A stretch of 63,432 bases of DNA, filler included, from Choristocarpus tenellus KU-1152 (taxonomy: Eukaryota > Protista > Phaeophyceae): the NCBI GenBank assembly GCA_964200185.2. It is 12 parts of 12 records of this genome, joined end to end, with 100 filler letters (N's around TTAATTAATTAA, not from the genome) between each part and the next. Parts side by side here need not be neighbours in the genome. Positions count along the whole stretch, not along the records: positions 60,874 to 63,432 come from CAXNAD020026782.1; 11 more parts are not named here. One strand, given 5' to 3'. Positions 62,491-63,432 of the stretch are shown here, piece after piece. The position numbers were made by a program, and so were the translations under genes. The notes under the pieces are model-generated. The model saw nothing but the letters and a program-made list of their open reading frames with translations. It was not told the origin of the DNA and did not search any database. The stretch's first letter is position 1. Every line of letters starts with the position of its first letter.

Positions 62491-63432
62491 TGTCATGGTG
62501 GGGATGGAAGGTGATGTGACTGAGTCTGCCTTTTTTAGTGTATATAGTAGTAGTACCAAAAAGTGCTGATCTTTTGTTTGTTTACTAGAATGTGATGATG
62601 CCCTTTTTCTTGCACGGTGATATTGTTCCTAATTTCAAAACATGAAGAGCAGAACGGTGATGAATGCGGAAGCATTGTGTTGCTAGGGTTAGGGCTCGGC
62701 TCACTCTTTCACATCCGTACTCGTCCTCATGTTTTTCTGTTTAGAAGCAAAAAAAATAATTACGATGAGACAGACGGACACCCAGCCCTCTCAGGTGTAG
62801 AATACGTTGGGATTTATTAACGTCATCGATTGGTTGATCGCCTTGGTCGAAATAAATCCGTACCTCTACAGTCGACGGTTTTTCTCAAACGCATGGACAC
62901 TCCACAAAGATTACCCTAACCCTAACTTTAACCTGTTAAGAGCTGTTTCTCGATGAGATTTGCAGGTCCCCATACGCACACACACGCGTGTGCTCGCTCG
63001 CTCGTGCGTCTTGCAGATTTTGAAAACTTTCCTGAGCTGGCGTAGTGCAGTATGTATTTTGTGGTCGTTTTTCGAAATTGATTGTACTGTCCCTCCTCCT
63101 ATCACTCACAAATTGTAACTGCGATTTGGAGCTTCTTGAATTGGGATGGCGTTGTAGCCGGTTGACGAGGGGAAACATTTTTTTTTTATAGTGTTTGACC
63201 GTTAGTGCCATGTGGGGTATGTATGTGTATGTTGTTGATGCGCAGGCGTTTTACGCTGTGATTGTTTTGATAATGAAGGTGCGATGCATCTTTCATCGCA
63301 TAGATTTGTTACTATCGATATCATTTTATTTAATGTTCTAGTCCCCCCTCCCCCTCCCTCCCCCCCCCTTTTTTATTCCTAAACCAGGAAAATCCCATTT
63401 TATTCTCCATATTTTGTTTCAAGTCCTTCCCC

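Noticed and set aside
62326-62569. Ile/Val/Thr-rich membrane peptides on both strands
   Set aside because: Translation of a trinucleotide microsatellite.

Overview
This is intron-rich eukaryotic nuclear DNA, most likely a photosynthetic stramenopile such as a brown alga. That is an inference from an ASAFAP-like bipartite plastid signal, GT-AG introns, TTAGGG repeats and NCLDV-type ankyrin repeats. The window is 12 contigs joined by 11 artificial 100-nt linkers (N44-TTAATTAATTAA-N44), so adjacency across gaps carries no information. Spliced genes rebuilt by hand with phase-consistent GT-AG junctions: a complete LRR protein with a Lys-rich tail, a complete plastid-targeted 2-TM protein, a sterol desaturase/fatty-acid hydroxylase family gene (3' end missing), one Ldh_2 dehydrogenase exon, a multi-TM protein with a long disordered tail, an Smr/MutS2-like 3' part, 12 exons of a large membrane protein, and the 5' part of PWP1. 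Repeats: an intron-containing Sola-like (DUF7869-type) transposase pseudogene, two related MITE families (one G/C-tailed and self-nesting), a Stowaway-like MITE, CRE-like and RTE-like LINE remnants, a decayed viral-type ankyrin gene, satellites and interstitial TTAGGG. The most unusual observations are tandemly amplified splice sites (five acceptors, three donors) in one gene and a possible transposase/MITE pairing. I see no clearly complete novel multi-gene system.
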